DNA of 64,000 nt from an uncultured Planctomycetota bacterium. GTDB taxonomy: Bacteria; Planctomycetota; Planctomycetia; Pirellulales; Lacipirellulaceae. The stretch spans positions 96,001 to 160,000 of the forward strand of contig CAVRBU010000001.1 in the NCBI GenBank assembly GCA_963719315.1. Direction: 5' to 3'. How positions within the stretch are numbered: the stretch's first letter is position 1; each line of letters starts with the position of its first letter. Shown here one piece after another: positions 41,701 to 50,825 of this stretch. The notes beneath the pieces are model-generated. The model searched no databases, was not told the origin of the DNA, and saw only the letters and a list, made by a program, of their open reading frames with translations. The position numbers and the translations under genes are program-made.

Positions 41701-43159
41701 AAACAGGGTCGATGAACGTGATTGGCCGGCTCGCACCCTGAACCGAAACGTAGTACGTTCCCGGCAACAACGCTTCATCGGTAAACGTCGCGCCAAGCAC
41801 GTCGATCGAATCACTGGTCGCGATCACGGTGCCAGACGAGTCGGAGAGTTTGGCCAGGACGTCTAAGTTTGGCCCATTGTAAAACGGCTGAATGTCCAAG
41901 CTGACCAACTCGCCCAGGCCATCGACCGTGAACGAGAAGAAGTCAATGTCCGTATTTCGCTCGATGATGCCCTCGCCCTCGAACAGGCTCGTGTCGGAAT
42001 CAGCGGTGAGGGGGTCTGGTACGACGGGGCTGGCCATCGCGGTCGTGTCGCCGTGGTCATCGGCGCGGTAGCCGAAACCGTTCCCGTTGTTGCCATCCCT
42101 ATTGGTGATGACCTCAAGATCATCCTGTAGAGGGTTCGCGCCAGCCTTGTCGTTGGTTCCGTTGAAGTACTCGGCTTTACTCCACTGCGTAAGGTTCTTG
42201 CCATAACTAACACCCATGATCGGCGCCCAGGCCGTTTCTCCAGAGCCATGGCCGCCGTAATACTCGACAAAGAGGCGAACAGTCTCCGGGGGATCTTTAC
42301 CGATGTCGCTATAAAACCGGAACTGGCTGTCATGGGTAAGCCCCACGCTATGACCCGTCTCGTGTGAGGCGGCCTCCGCGATGTCTGCGGGATTAATATA
42401 GTCGCCGCCAAACACGAAGTTCGGCGTATCGCTGTCCCAGGGAAACGAGCCGTAGGACACACCGCCAACCGCTTTCCCATTTACGGGGGTGTACCAATCA
42501 TTCGTGCTGCCGCCGATGACCACGCGCTGTCCCCATGCTTGATCATTCCCGCCCGTGTTTCGCAGCGCTTCCACGCCGGGGTCCTCGGTGGTCACATCCA
42601 CCTCAAACGGCCGATAGTCCTCAGCTACTCGCTCCCAGATGGTCTGAATTGCCAACCGCTCTTCGTACGAAAACGTCAATAGATCGCCGTCGAAGTCATA
42701 TACAGGTGTCACAATGTTCGGAAGGTTGAAGTCCGTATTCCACTGCGTATCACGCGTGGTGAAGCCGTCGAAATCCAGGTAGATCGTCTTCGTGGCGCCG
42801 GGAAGACTGTGCAGAAAAAAGGTGTCTTCAAGCGGAAAGGGGGCAGTCGGCAACAAAGCGCCATTGGCCAAGGTTGCTCCGCCACCGGAATTCGTTGGAG
42901 GAGGCGGACTAATGCCGATTTCCGGTGTGCCTGCCGGTAGACTGCTGTTGCTTGCTAGAGTAGTTGGAATAACTCCAAGACCCCCCAGCACTTCCAAATC
43001 GAAGAGCGGCGACTGATTCCCCAGCGAGCTCGCCGACAACAAGTAGCGCGGCTCCAACTGCTCAACCCAATACTGCCGCGGCGGGCGACCCGAGCCCCGA
43101 TTCTTGGAGGCCGAGAAGTTACCGAGCACGCGCTTATAATGCCGCCATCTACGAATCAT
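38765..43159 (-). CDS. Large secreted metzincin-like protease with two proprotein-convertase P-like domains, SdrD-B-like and dockerin-like domains
   Basis: VEQLEPRYLLS leader; HETGHSVGLTH; repeated ITHTYDSD/VTHSFVGD..LISPSG..NSWSL; GQKWNDVNGD; GDYNHDNVVD. Confidence 0.85.
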   Translation of the reverse strand: MIRRWRHYKRVLGNFSASKNRGSGRPPRQYWVEQLEPRYLLSASSLGNQSPLFDLEVLGGLGVIPTTLASNSSLPAGTPEIGISPPPPTNSGGGATLANGALLPTAPFPLEDTFFLHSLPGATKTIYLDFDGFTTRDTQWNTDFNLPNIVTPVYDFDGDLLTFSYEERLAIQTIWERVAEDYRPFEVDVTTEDPGVEALRNTGGNDQAWGQRVVIGGSTNDWYTPVNGKAVGGVSYGSFPWDSDTPNFVFGGDYINPADIAEAASHETGHSVGLTHDSQFRFYSDIGKDPPETVRLFVEYYGGHGSGETAWAPIMGVSYGKNLTQWSKAEYFNGTNDKAGANPLQDDLEVITNRDGNNGNGFGYRADDHGDTTAMASPVVPDPLTADSDTSLFEGEGIIERNTDIDFFSFTVDGLGELVSLDIQPFYNGPNLDVLAKLSDSSGTVIATSDSIDVLGATFTDEALLPGTYYVSVQGASRPITFIDPVFHPGPFEAEGNPPDPPLPPDTSDWGYTNYGSLGYYSIVGTRKKNLVVGVDFDDANGSSPENWTLYAGGDTDKTIKNLVSEAGQVTPYQLTIQTTGASPIATVASPNPIDPADIPNHGLPLDGLDGYISAEDETLSFIWGNLEPSTVYQVYVFGHAGADAKNDVHVVGGQWNGTLQTFDYVQNVSADGLVTNGNMPGSNDLSTYSLLVISDASGEITITVTNETGFIAAIAGVAIAPTKVGSIQGQKWNDVNGDRVHDASEAGLPNWVIYLDVNNDGILNSTSDQDLTVASPDIPQAIHDYTTVKSELSFEEVGTIADIDVMLDITHTYDSDVKVYLVSPSGTRVKLVQNATPQDPEGDNFTATVFDDAAPTGILSGAAPFTGRYRPIEPLSVLNGEDAVGVWNLEITDDATGDEGVLNSWSITVKLQGVFLEPFQITDADGNYAFTDLPAGQYFIREDISEQQAADGWRQSFAPSPVTVRSGADILGIDFGNWIPTTQHGSIAGQKFNDFNSDGVNDGNEPGLSNWIVYIDSDNDGTRDLGSDPVTINATGLPQPITDFSTTTSSVSFNELGTVFSVRVTLDVTHSFVGDLDAFLISPSGRQVELFTAVGGQYNDLHNLTLDDAATRSIATIGVNDLPFTGTWKPEGLLSDFIGESATGLWTLLIRDNAFADQGTLNSWSLEIKSGEVYLTTDADGNYAFPDLPAGQYVIREEQKPGWTQVPPQVASIPAAEYANSQWTVTVAAQDDPNDTPPDSHRNVKNVDFGNHSQMLLGDYNHDNVVDAGDYVMYRRTVGQTVPQFTGADGDGDGVVGPGDLLVWRQHYGETNGSGSGQELAEAPQPAPAPDASPAAAGIALATSNVADGELVAAPTASVSASTVGQAARPENAALRSFDSYSTGNSRIRGRDRHFGRPALNGGSHHDAGLLAWLSSSKNEGRANNDAAMGLRIASDAEGDDLNSVDAVFESLKEFTLAAAGVV

Positions 43160-43587
43160 AGAAGCTCCGCCAGGCTGTTCCGGAACGAGGCAAGAATAGC
43201 CAGCAGTTTAACTAGAAAAAACACAAACTGCAAGCAATTTAAGAGGCGCTCCATCGAGCTCCAGCCAAGGATTCGCCGCTGTTTTGAGACGTGATGGCCG
43301 CGTCCTTCGTAGGTAGCGGCCCATCATTCTATGCCCCCGCCTTGGCCTCGAAGGCCTGAATTTCCCGCGTTTTCCCGGTTGGCTCCAGTTCGCGCGGCTT
43401 GAACACCGCCCTGGCGTTCTCCGTACCCATTGGTTGAAGGCTTGCACTCATCCCCAAAGTTATTGCCCGCGCAAGTCCCCTGCATTCTTGCGCGGCCTAC
43501 CCTGCCCTGATATACTCCCGGCTCCCCGCCCCAAACCCTACACAGGCGGTCGCCGGATGACCGTCTCTCCCAAGATGGAGCTTTACC

Positions 43588-45768
43588 ATGATCAAACTTG
43601 CTGCGATTTCGTTCACCGAACCCGTACTCTGGGTTTCCGCAATTTGCCTGCTTGTCGCTGGCTGTTCTCAAGACGCGCGTAAAACGCCGGCGAGCAGTTC
43701 TGCAACTCCTTCAACTGCCGCGAGCTCCGCCGGCAGCAATGAAAACAAGGCGACGGACCCCGGGAAGCTCATCCCCCGCCAAGTCCTCTTCGGAAACCCC
43801 GAGCGGGCCCAAGCCCGGCTCAGCCACGATGGAATATGGATCAGCTACCAGGCGCCGGTCGATGGCGTGCTCAACATCTGGGTCGCGCCGGTCGATGATA
43901 TCTCGAAGGCCCAACCCGTCACGCAGGAAAAAGGCCGCCCCATCCCCAGTTACAGTTGGGCCTACGACAACAAGCACATTCTTTACGTGAACGACAAGAA
44001 CGGCGACGAAAACTTCCACCTCTTCGCCACCGACGTCGTAACCCGCGAAACCAAAGACCTCACGCCCATCAAAGGCGTCCGCGCCGAGCTTCAAGAGGTC
44101 AGCGAGAAGTTCCCCAACGAGGTGCTGGTCGGTCTAAACGACCGCGACCCGCGCTACCACGACATCTGGCGGATCAACCTTGAAACCGGCGACAAAAAAC
44201 TCGTTCAGGAAAACCCCGGCATCGCCGGTTATCTCACTGACGACGATTTCAATGTCCGCATGGCAATGGACTACACGCCCACCGGCGGCCAGGTCCTGCG
44301 AATTCCCGAGAAAGAAGGCGACACCAGCCAGTGGAAAGACTTCCTCGAATTCGGCCCGGAAGACGGCATGACCAGCGGCCCCGCCGGCTTCGACAAGACC
44401 GGCCAAACGCTCTACCTCGAAGACAGCCGCAACCGCAACACCGCCGGCCTGTTCGCGATGGACCTCAAGACGGGCGAAACCAAACTCCTCGCCGACGACC
44501 CCCGCACCGACGTCGGCGGTGTCCTCGTTCATCCGACCGAGAAAAATATCCAGGCCGTCTCGTTCACCTATGCCCGCACCGAGTGGAAGATCCTCGACCC
44601 GGCCATCGCGCCAGATATCGATTTCCTCAAAAAGGCTCACGACGGCGACTTCATCGTCACCAGCCGCACGCAGGACGACTCGCAGTGGACCGTCGCTTTC
44701 ATGCCCGACAACGGGCCGGTGAAATTCTATCGCTACGTCCGAACTCCTGAGCGGAAGCTCGTATTCCTGTTCAACAACCGCGATGATCTGGCCGACTATC
44801 CGCTGGTGAAGATGCACGATCGCGTGATCAAATCCCGCGACGGCCTGGACCTCGTGTGCTACCTCTCGCTTCCTCCGGGCAGCGATCCCGATGGCGACGG
44901 CGTGCCCGATCACCCGGTTCCCCTCGTGCTCGACGTCCACGGCGGACCATGGGCCCGCGACGACTGGGGCCTCAACGGCCAACACCAATGGCTCGCCAAC
45001 CGCGGCTATGCCGTGCTCAACGTCAACTACCGCGGCTCGACCGGTTTCGGCAAAGAGTTCATCAACGCCGCCAATGGCGAATGGTCCGGCAAGATGCACA
45101 ACGATCTGCTCGATGCCGTTCAGTGGGCGGTCGACCAGAAAATCGCCGACAAGGACAAAGTCTGCATCATGGGCGGCAGCTACGGCGGCTATGCCACGCT
45201 CGTGGGTCTGACGTACACGCCCGACACATTCGCCTGCGGTGTCGATATCGTCGGCCCGTCGAGCCTCGTCACGCTCCTGCAACACGTGCCCGATTACTGG
45301 CAGCCGTTCATGCCCGTTATGAAAGTCCGCGTCGGCGACGTGAACACCGAAGAGGGCCGCGCCGCATTGTTGAAGCGCTCCCCTCTCACGCTCGTCGATA
45401 AGATCAAGAAGCCGCTCCTGATCGGGCAGGGCGCGCACGATCCCCGCGTCAAGCAACTTGAAGCCGACCAGATCGTCAAGGCGATGACCGAGAAAAAAAT
45501 CCCGGTCACCTACGTGCTCTATCCCGACGAAGGCCACGGCTTCCACCGTCCCGAGAACAACTTGTCGTTCAACGCGGTCACCGAAGCCTTCCTCGCCAAA
45601 CAGCTTGGAGGCCGCTTCGAACCCATCGGCAACGATTTCAAAGGCTCGACAATCACCGTCCCCGCCGGCGCCGACCAGGTCCCAGGCTTGGAAAAGGCAC
45701 TCTCCGCGCTCCCCAAACCCGAGTCAGAACCAAAGCAACCCGAAGGGCCTCCTACCGATAAGAAGTAA
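43588..45768 (+). CDS. S9-family dipeptidyl/acylaminoacyl peptidase, probable lipoprotein
   Basis: LVAGC lipobox; HGGP, GGSYGG, DPRV, DEGHGF catalytic motifs. Confidence 0.93.
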   Translation: MIKLAAISFTEPVLWVSAICLLVAGCSQDARKTPASSSATPSTAASSAGSNENKATDPGKLIPRQVLFGNPERAQARLSHDGIWISYQAPVDGVLNIWVAPVDDISKAQPVTQEKGRPIPSYSWAYDNKHILYVNDKNGDENFHLFATDVVTRETKDLTPIKGVRAELQEVSEKFPNEVLVGLNDRDPRYHDIWRINLETGDKKLVQENPGIAGYLTDDDFNVRMAMDYTPTGGQVLRIPEKEGDTSQWKDFLEFGPEDGMTSGPAGFDKTGQTLYLEDSRNRNTAGLFAMDLKTGETKLLADDPRTDVGGVLVHPTEKNIQAVSFTYARTEWKILDPAIAPDIDFLKKAHDGDFIVTSRTQDDSQWTVAFMPDNGPVKFYRYVRTPERKLVFLFNNRDDLADYPLVKMHDRVIKSRDGLDLVCYLSLPPGSDPDGDGVPDHPVPLVLDVHGGPWARDDWGLNGQHQWLANRGYAVLNVNYRGSTGFGKEFINAANGEWSGKMHNDLLDAVQWAVDQKIADKDKVCIMGGSYGGYATLVGLTYTPDTFACGVDIVGPSSLVTLLQHVPDYWQPFMPVMKVRVGDVNTEEGRAALLKRSPLTLVDKIKKPLLIGQGAHDPRVKQLEADQIVKAMTEKKIPVTYVLYPDEGHGFHRPENNLSFNAVTEAFLAKQLGGRFEPIGNDFKGSTITVPAGADQVPGLEKALSALPKPESEPKQPEGPPTDKK

Positions 45769-45782
45769 TCGACAAGACCCCT

Positions 45783-45805
45783 GTTCCCACGCACCGCGTG
45801 GGAAC
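45783..45805. repeat. Short REP-like palindrome or terminator
   Basis: GTTCCCACGC-ACC-GCGTGGGAAC just after the peptidase stop codon. Confidence 0.6.
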
Positions 45806-45836
45806 GAGGACTCATCGCACTTCTGCCAAAACCCCC

Positions 45837-45864
45837 TTGCACTTCCAGCACTTCCAGGCATAAT
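45837..45864 (+). promoter_or_regulatory. Putative sigma70 promoter for the aroF leader (predicted leaderless start at ATG 45872)
   Basis: TTGCAC-16 nt-CATAAT, with the ATG 8 nt after the -10 box. Confidence 0.6.
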
Positions 45865-45871
45865 GCACTAC

Positions 45872-45946
45872 ATGAGTCGCTCGTTCTGGTACTACTACTG
45901 GTTTACCTTTACCCGCCTGGGTAGCGGGACCGGAGCTAGTACGTAA
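45872..45946 (+). CDS. Aromatic amino acid attenuator leader peptide MSRSFWYYYWFTFTRLGSGTGAST
   Basis: 8 aromatic codons within 9 positions; upstream of DAHP synthase; followed by an intrinsic terminator. Confidence 0.88.
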   Translation: MSRSFWYYYWFTFTRLGSGTGAST

Positions 45947-45973
45947 GCGATTCACAACACTAGACTCAACCGG

Positions 45974-46012
45974 CCCCCGAGACCCAGTCACTTGGCTCTC
46001 GGGGGTTTTTTT
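45974..46012 (+). terminator. Attenuator intrinsic terminator
   Basis: CCCCCGAGA..TCTCGGGGG stem followed by T7. Confidence 0.9.
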
Positions 46013-46055
46013 GTTGGTTGAGAGTTGAGAGATGAGTGTTGAGGGAGGAGGTAAA

Positions 46056-46418
46056 ATGTTTGGTTTTGAAAAGCTAGAAGTATGGCAAAAGGCAATCGAA
46101 CTATCGGACCGCGTTTACGTGATTACTCGGCCCTTTCCCTCGGATGAAAAGTTTGGGCTAACAAGTCAGATGCGTCGATCTGCAGTGTCGGTGGCTTCCA
46201 ACATTGCTGAAGGAAGCGGGCGTGGATCAAATAACGACTTTGCGAGATTCATCGAGATTTCATACGGCTCGCTCATGGAATTGATTACCCAGTGCGCAAT
46301 CGCGAATCGCCAAGGCTTTTTGAGCGTGTCGGAATTCAAAGAGGCTTACCAACGTGCAGAGCAAATTGCCCGCATGCTCAGCGGACTAAAGTCTTCACTG
46401 CTTGCGACCAAGAAATAA
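46056..46418 (+). CDS. Four-helix-bundle protein (TIGR02436 / 23S rRNA IVS protein family)
   Basis: [58 protein letters not shown]. Confidence 0.93.
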   Translation: MFGFEKLEVWQKAIELSDRVYVITRPFPSDEKFGLTSQMRRSAVSVASNIAEGSGRGSNNDFARFIEISYGSLMELITQCAIANRQGFLSVSEFKEAYQRAEQIARMLSGLKSSLLATKK

Positions 46419-46476
46419 CCACCGAAAAACCCTCAACCCTCGCCCCTCAACCCTCAACCTTCGCCAGGAGCCTCCC

Positions 46477-47490
46477 ATGATCATCGTCATGCGGCGTGAC
46501 GCCAAAAAACAGGATATCGAACACATGATCAAACAAGTCGAATCGCTGGGACTGAAACCCACCGTGCTCGAAGGCACCGAACGGTTCGTCATTGCGGCCA
46601 TCGGCGACGAGCGCAACGCACCCGTCGGCATTCTCGAAAGCGGTCCGGGCGTCGACGAAGTGCTTCCCGTCCTCGCGCCGTACAAGCTGGCCAGCCTGGA
46701 AACCAGGTCCGAGCCAACCGTCGTTCGCGCCGGCAGCCTCACCATCGGCGGCGGCCACTTCGGCATCATCGCAGGCCCCTGCTCCGTCGAAAGCGAAGAG
46801 CAAATCGTGGCGTCTGCCCGCGCGATCAAGAAGGCAGGCGCGACCGCGCTCCGCGGTGGCGCGTTCAAGCCGCGCACCAGCCCGTATAGCTTCCAAGGCC
46901 ACAAGGAAGAGGGGCTCAAAATGCTCGCCACGGCCCGGGCCGAAACGGGCCTCGCGGTCGTCACGGAAGTCGTCGCCGGGGAAGATGTCGACCTCGTCGC
47001 CGAATACGCCGACGTCCTCCAAGTCGGCGCCCGCAATATGCAGAACTACCGCCTGCTGGAAGCCGTCGGCAAAACGCGCCGTCCCGTCCTCCTTAAACGT
47101 GGTCCCAGCGCCACCGTTGAAGAACTGCTGCTTGCCGCCGAGTACATCCTCGACGCCGGCAACCAGCAAGTGATGCTCTGCGAACGCGGCATCCGCACGT
47201 TCGAGGCCCATACGCGGTTCACGTTGCCCCTCGCGACCGTGCCCTACCTGCAGGGAAAAACGCACCTGCCGATCGTCGTCGATCCGAGCCACGGCACCGG
47301 CCACACGCCGCTCGTGCCCGCGCTCGCCCGGGCGAGTGTCGCCGCCGGCGCCGACGGCATCATTGTCGAAGTCCATCCGAACCCGGAAAAAGCCCTCAGC
47401 GACGGCTACCAATCGATGACGTTCAAACAATTCGAAGACATGATGACCGCCTGCCGCCGCATCGCCGCAGCGATGGAGATGAAGATGTAA
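46477..47490 (+). CDS. aroF: DAHP synthase class I-beta with N-terminal regulatory domain
   Basis: MIIVM start, [39 protein letters not shown]. Confidence 0.96.
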   Translation: MIIVMRRDAKKQDIEHMIKQVESLGLKPTVLEGTERFVIAAIGDERNAPVGILESGPGVDEVLPVLAPYKLASLETRSEPTVVRAGSLTIGGGHFGIIAGPCSVESEEQIVASARAIKKAGATALRGGAFKPRTSPYSFQGHKEEGLKMLATARAETGLAVVTEVVAGEDVDLVAEYADVLQVGARNMQNYRLLEAVGKTRRPVLLKRGPSATVEELLLAAEYILDAGNQQVMLCERGIRTFEAHTRFTLPLATVPYLQGKTHLPIVVDPSHGTGHTPLVPALARASVAAGADGIIVEVHPNPEKALSDGYQSMTFKQFEDMMTACRRIAAAMEMKM

Positions 47491-47583
47491 CCGCCAAGAA
47501 CGCCAAGAAAACTTGTAGCGATTCCATGCCTTCCTTGGCGCACTTTGCGTCCTTGGCGGTTCAACTTATTTGGGGGCGATGAC

Positions 47584-48456
47584 TCACACATCGCAAATCT
47601 TGAACCCCTGCTCCAGCGATGCCACCGGCTCCCGCGCTGGGATGAACTCCTGCCCCAAATACCCTGTGTAGCCCGTCTCCAGAATCGCCCGCACGATTGC
47701 CGCGTAATTCAACTCCTGCGTCTCGTCGATCTCGTGCCGGCCGGGGTTGCCGCCCGTGTGGAAATGGGCGAAGTATTCCTTGTCCTGCTGGATCGTCCGA
47801 ATGACATCGCCTTCCATGATTTGCATGTGATAGATGTCGTACAGCAACTTGAACCGCGGCGAGCCCACTTGCTTCACGAGCTCCACGCCCCAAGGCGACC
47901 GGTCGCACATGTAGTCCTTGTGATTGACCTTGCTGTTCAGCAACTCCATGCAGATCGTCACGTTCTTCCCTTCCGCCAACCCGACGACCCGCTTCAATCC
48001 TGCGACGCAATTCGCCAGCCCTTCCTCGTCCGACATCCCGCGGCGGTTCCCCGAAAAGACGATCACGTTCGGCAAACCGTTGTCGGCGGCGAAATCCACG
48101 TACTCGCGCACGCTTTTCTCCAACCGGTCGTGGTTCTTCTTCTCGTTGAAGCCGTCCGGAATCGTGCAACAGCCGTTGAGCATCGCGCACGTGAGCCCAA
48201 AGGGCTTCACCACCTTGTACTCCTCCGGCGTGAGCAGCTCGACCGACACGTACCCAATCCGCTTTGCCTCCCCGGCCAGCTTTTCGAGCGGAATGCCGTT
48301 GTAGCACCAGCGACAGATCGATTGCTTGATGTGCCCGTTGGCCTTCGCGGTCTCAGCCCCGCGCACCCACGCCACCGGCTGCGTAAGCGCCGCCATCGCT
48401 CCCACGCTGGCCGCTTTCATCACACTCCGCCGATCGAACTCGATTACATTTGCCAT
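47584..48456 (-). CDS. Hydroxypyruvate isomerase / sugar isomerase TIM-barrel protein with Tat signal
   Basis: DRRSVMK Tat motif; MELLN, YDIYHMQIMEGD, HTGGNPGRHE, GQEF. Confidence 0.88.
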   Translation of the reverse strand: MANVIEFDRRSVMKAASVGAMAALTQPVAWVRGAETAKANGHIKQSICRWCYNGIPLEKLAGEAKRIGYVSVELLTPEEYKVVKPFGLTCAMLNGCCTIPDGFNEKKNHDRLEKSVREYVDFAADNGLPNVIVFSGNRRGMSDEEGLANCVAGLKRVVGLAEGKNVTICMELLNSKVNHKDYMCDRSPWGVELVKQVGSPRFKLLYDIYHMQIMEGDVIRTIQQDKEYFAHFHTGGNPGRHEIDETQELNYAAIVRAILETGYTGYLGQEFIPAREPVASLEQGFKICDV

Positions 48457-48621
48457 CGCCGGCTCCTCTCGCTTGGGAACTGTGTAACCACTCTCCCGCC
48501 ACCTCACTTCTAACGCGCCCCGCTCCGCAAATACAGCCCCGCAATCCCATCCGTGCCATCCGCGCCGGGTGCCACGGACCTTCGCCCGTGCTCTGCCTGC
48601 CAGGGCCTTGCAGGCCAAAAA

Positions 48622-48706
48622 GTAGGTCCCGCTTGCCGAGCGAGACCTGAACCCGCCCCGCAACATCGCGAATCCGCTAAGGTCCCTTCCGGCAGAAGGG
48701 ACCTAC
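48622..48706. repeat. GTAG-type REP doublet, copy 2
   Basis: Same arms (one mismatch) and same 85-bp length as 21822-21906, with a different spacer. Confidence 0.85.
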
Positions 48707-49303
48707 TTGTGCCATTGAGCAGTCTGGTAAACGCCGGCGATCACCAGCAAACCACCAATGACTGCCCCGCGAATGCTGCTACTTTGAACGCTTTCGATGC
48801 TGAATGTTACGCCGAAGCCGTAGCACATTAATAGCGTTATCTAGACATAGGCGTGGTCAGGTCGAGTTGGAACGAAACCCGGCATTTAGCACACTCCAGC
48901 CCATTCAAGCAACTCTTTGATCGCCCCTACGCCGTCACTCAACCCGCTCGCGACATCCACACGATTAGTCCCAGCACCACGGCGATTAGCGTCTTGCAAA
49001 CTTATTCGAGAATTCGGTCGGTTCCGGTTCAGTAAGTGGGCGGTGGTAAGTTAGTGTGGGATACTATTTTCGTGAGGCAAAATACATCGCGAGCGTATCG
49101 ACGATAAGCAGCCAGACGGCTCCCCCAATTAGCAGAAATAGGAATATCTTGAATCCGCGACTCATGCGGTAACCGCCCTTTCGACTAGCTCGTTGCTCGT
49201 CCATACGCACCTCAACCCGCTCGCGACAACCACACGATTATACCCAGCACCACCGCGATTAGCGTCATGGCGATTAGCAAAGTGCGGAGGCTGAAACGCC
49301 AGC

Positions 49304-49905
49304 CTATCTAAGACGCCGGCGGACAAGGCCGAAAGCGAGGCCAGCCAGACCGAGCAGAATAATCGTTGCCGGCTCAGGAATTGGGACGATACCCGCAACG
49401 TCATTGTCGCTGACGGTGGAACCCACCACCGTTTGTATCTGACCTGTGAAAGTTACTTGTGCGGCTGCCGCGTCGGGAATCACCAGTTGAACGAACGGAA
49501 CACTGGTGCCGAACGGCGTACTCTTCGCAAAGACCGAGCGAAGTGAGGTCGCACTCTCGGAAGAGAAGCCGGCCGGTATGGTCAATTCAGAACTCAGAAA
49601 CTTGAAATAAGAATCCTGTTCAAACGTGCATGGGCCACAAAAGGGCAACCAATAATATCGTCAAAGATGTTTGAAAAGCCGGCTAGATAAACCTGATTCA
49701 TCGGCCCGAAGAATCCATACGACGGCTGCGAGGCGAAGTCAAAGCCTTGAATCTGGCTCCCATCGTCCGTGCTGGCGGTCAAGGTATAGGTGTGAAAGCC
49801 GGCCAGATCGACGGTCGGCACACTCGACTGCGTAATGCTCACGGCCGCCTGCGAAGAACCAGCCAACGCCAATACAGCCAATACAGCCATAGTGTTGCGA
49901 AGCAT
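49304..49905 (-). CDS. PEP-CTERM protein with an apparent frameshift near 49650
   Basis: AAGGAG RBS, signal peptide MLRNTMAVLAVLALAGSSQA; second frame ends IPEPATIILLGLAGLAFGLVRRRLR. Confidence 0.8.
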
Positions 49906-50825
49906 AAAAGTTCTCCTTGTCATTGCCTTATTTTAGCACATAACTGACCACGCGATTCGCAGCTTGTGGAATCTCATAGCCGTAGTATAGCAGATTGATA
50001 AGAAAAGCCGAGTAGCAGGGGTTCGTCACCCAGCGAGAACCCATCCTAACTACCGGCTCCACTCTCAAATCCTCCATGCGTATCTGGTCAACCACGGATT
50101 ACTCCGCTCGCACGGATAAGTTTCAGCCTCGCAATCCCATCCGTGCCATCCGCGCGATCCGAGGTCACAAAAAAACTCCTGCCAACGGCCGCCGCACGAC
50201 TTCTCCGGCGCGGCCAAAAATAATTGTGGATCGGCCCCCACGAAAACGCTATAGTCTCATCACGCCGCACTGCGACGGCGTTTGTTCTTTGAAAAATTAG
50301 AGAAAGGTGTATACTAGCTGTTAGCCATTAGCTGTTAGCTGTTAGCTATCAGCCAGTGGCTGCGTGCGGTCTCCCGACGCGCTCTCGCCTTTTTGCCCAA
50401 AGCTGGCTGAAAGGCCGGAACAGCGTAAAACGCCGAGAAAATCGCCTCGTTTTCAAGGCTCGACCGCTCTGGCTAATAGCTAACAGCTAAAAGCTAACAG
50501 CTTATTCCTGCCAGATTCCAGCTTCTTAGAAAGCAAACTCGCCCACTTTTGCACGTCGTGCTCATGCCCAAACCACTGGATTTCCAGCGGTTCGCCGCCC
50601 GAGCGCCGCGCAAAAAGGAGGACTTTTGCACGCGAAAAAAAATTTTCACGCGTCCGCACAATCGTACTCCCTTGCCGCCCAACGACTTGCGACTTCCATT
50701 GCGCGAAGCCCTCGCGCAAAACTCACCGCCGCTCGCGTCAAAACTCGTAAAAGCACGTCCGACTCGTACTAGCCGCGATGCTACGCATCGCCGGGAATTC
50801 GTTAGGCGCGAGCGAGACGATGCTC

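Noticed and set aside
44134..45546. Long antisense ORFs (e.g. 44134-45546, 60172-61464, 36411-37670, 53851-54960)
   Set aside because: Shadow frames of well-supported genes in GC-rich DNA.
46056..46418. Four-helix-bundle gene as the Avd of a diversity-generating retroelement
   Set aside because: No reverse transcriptase and no template/variable repeat pair in the window.
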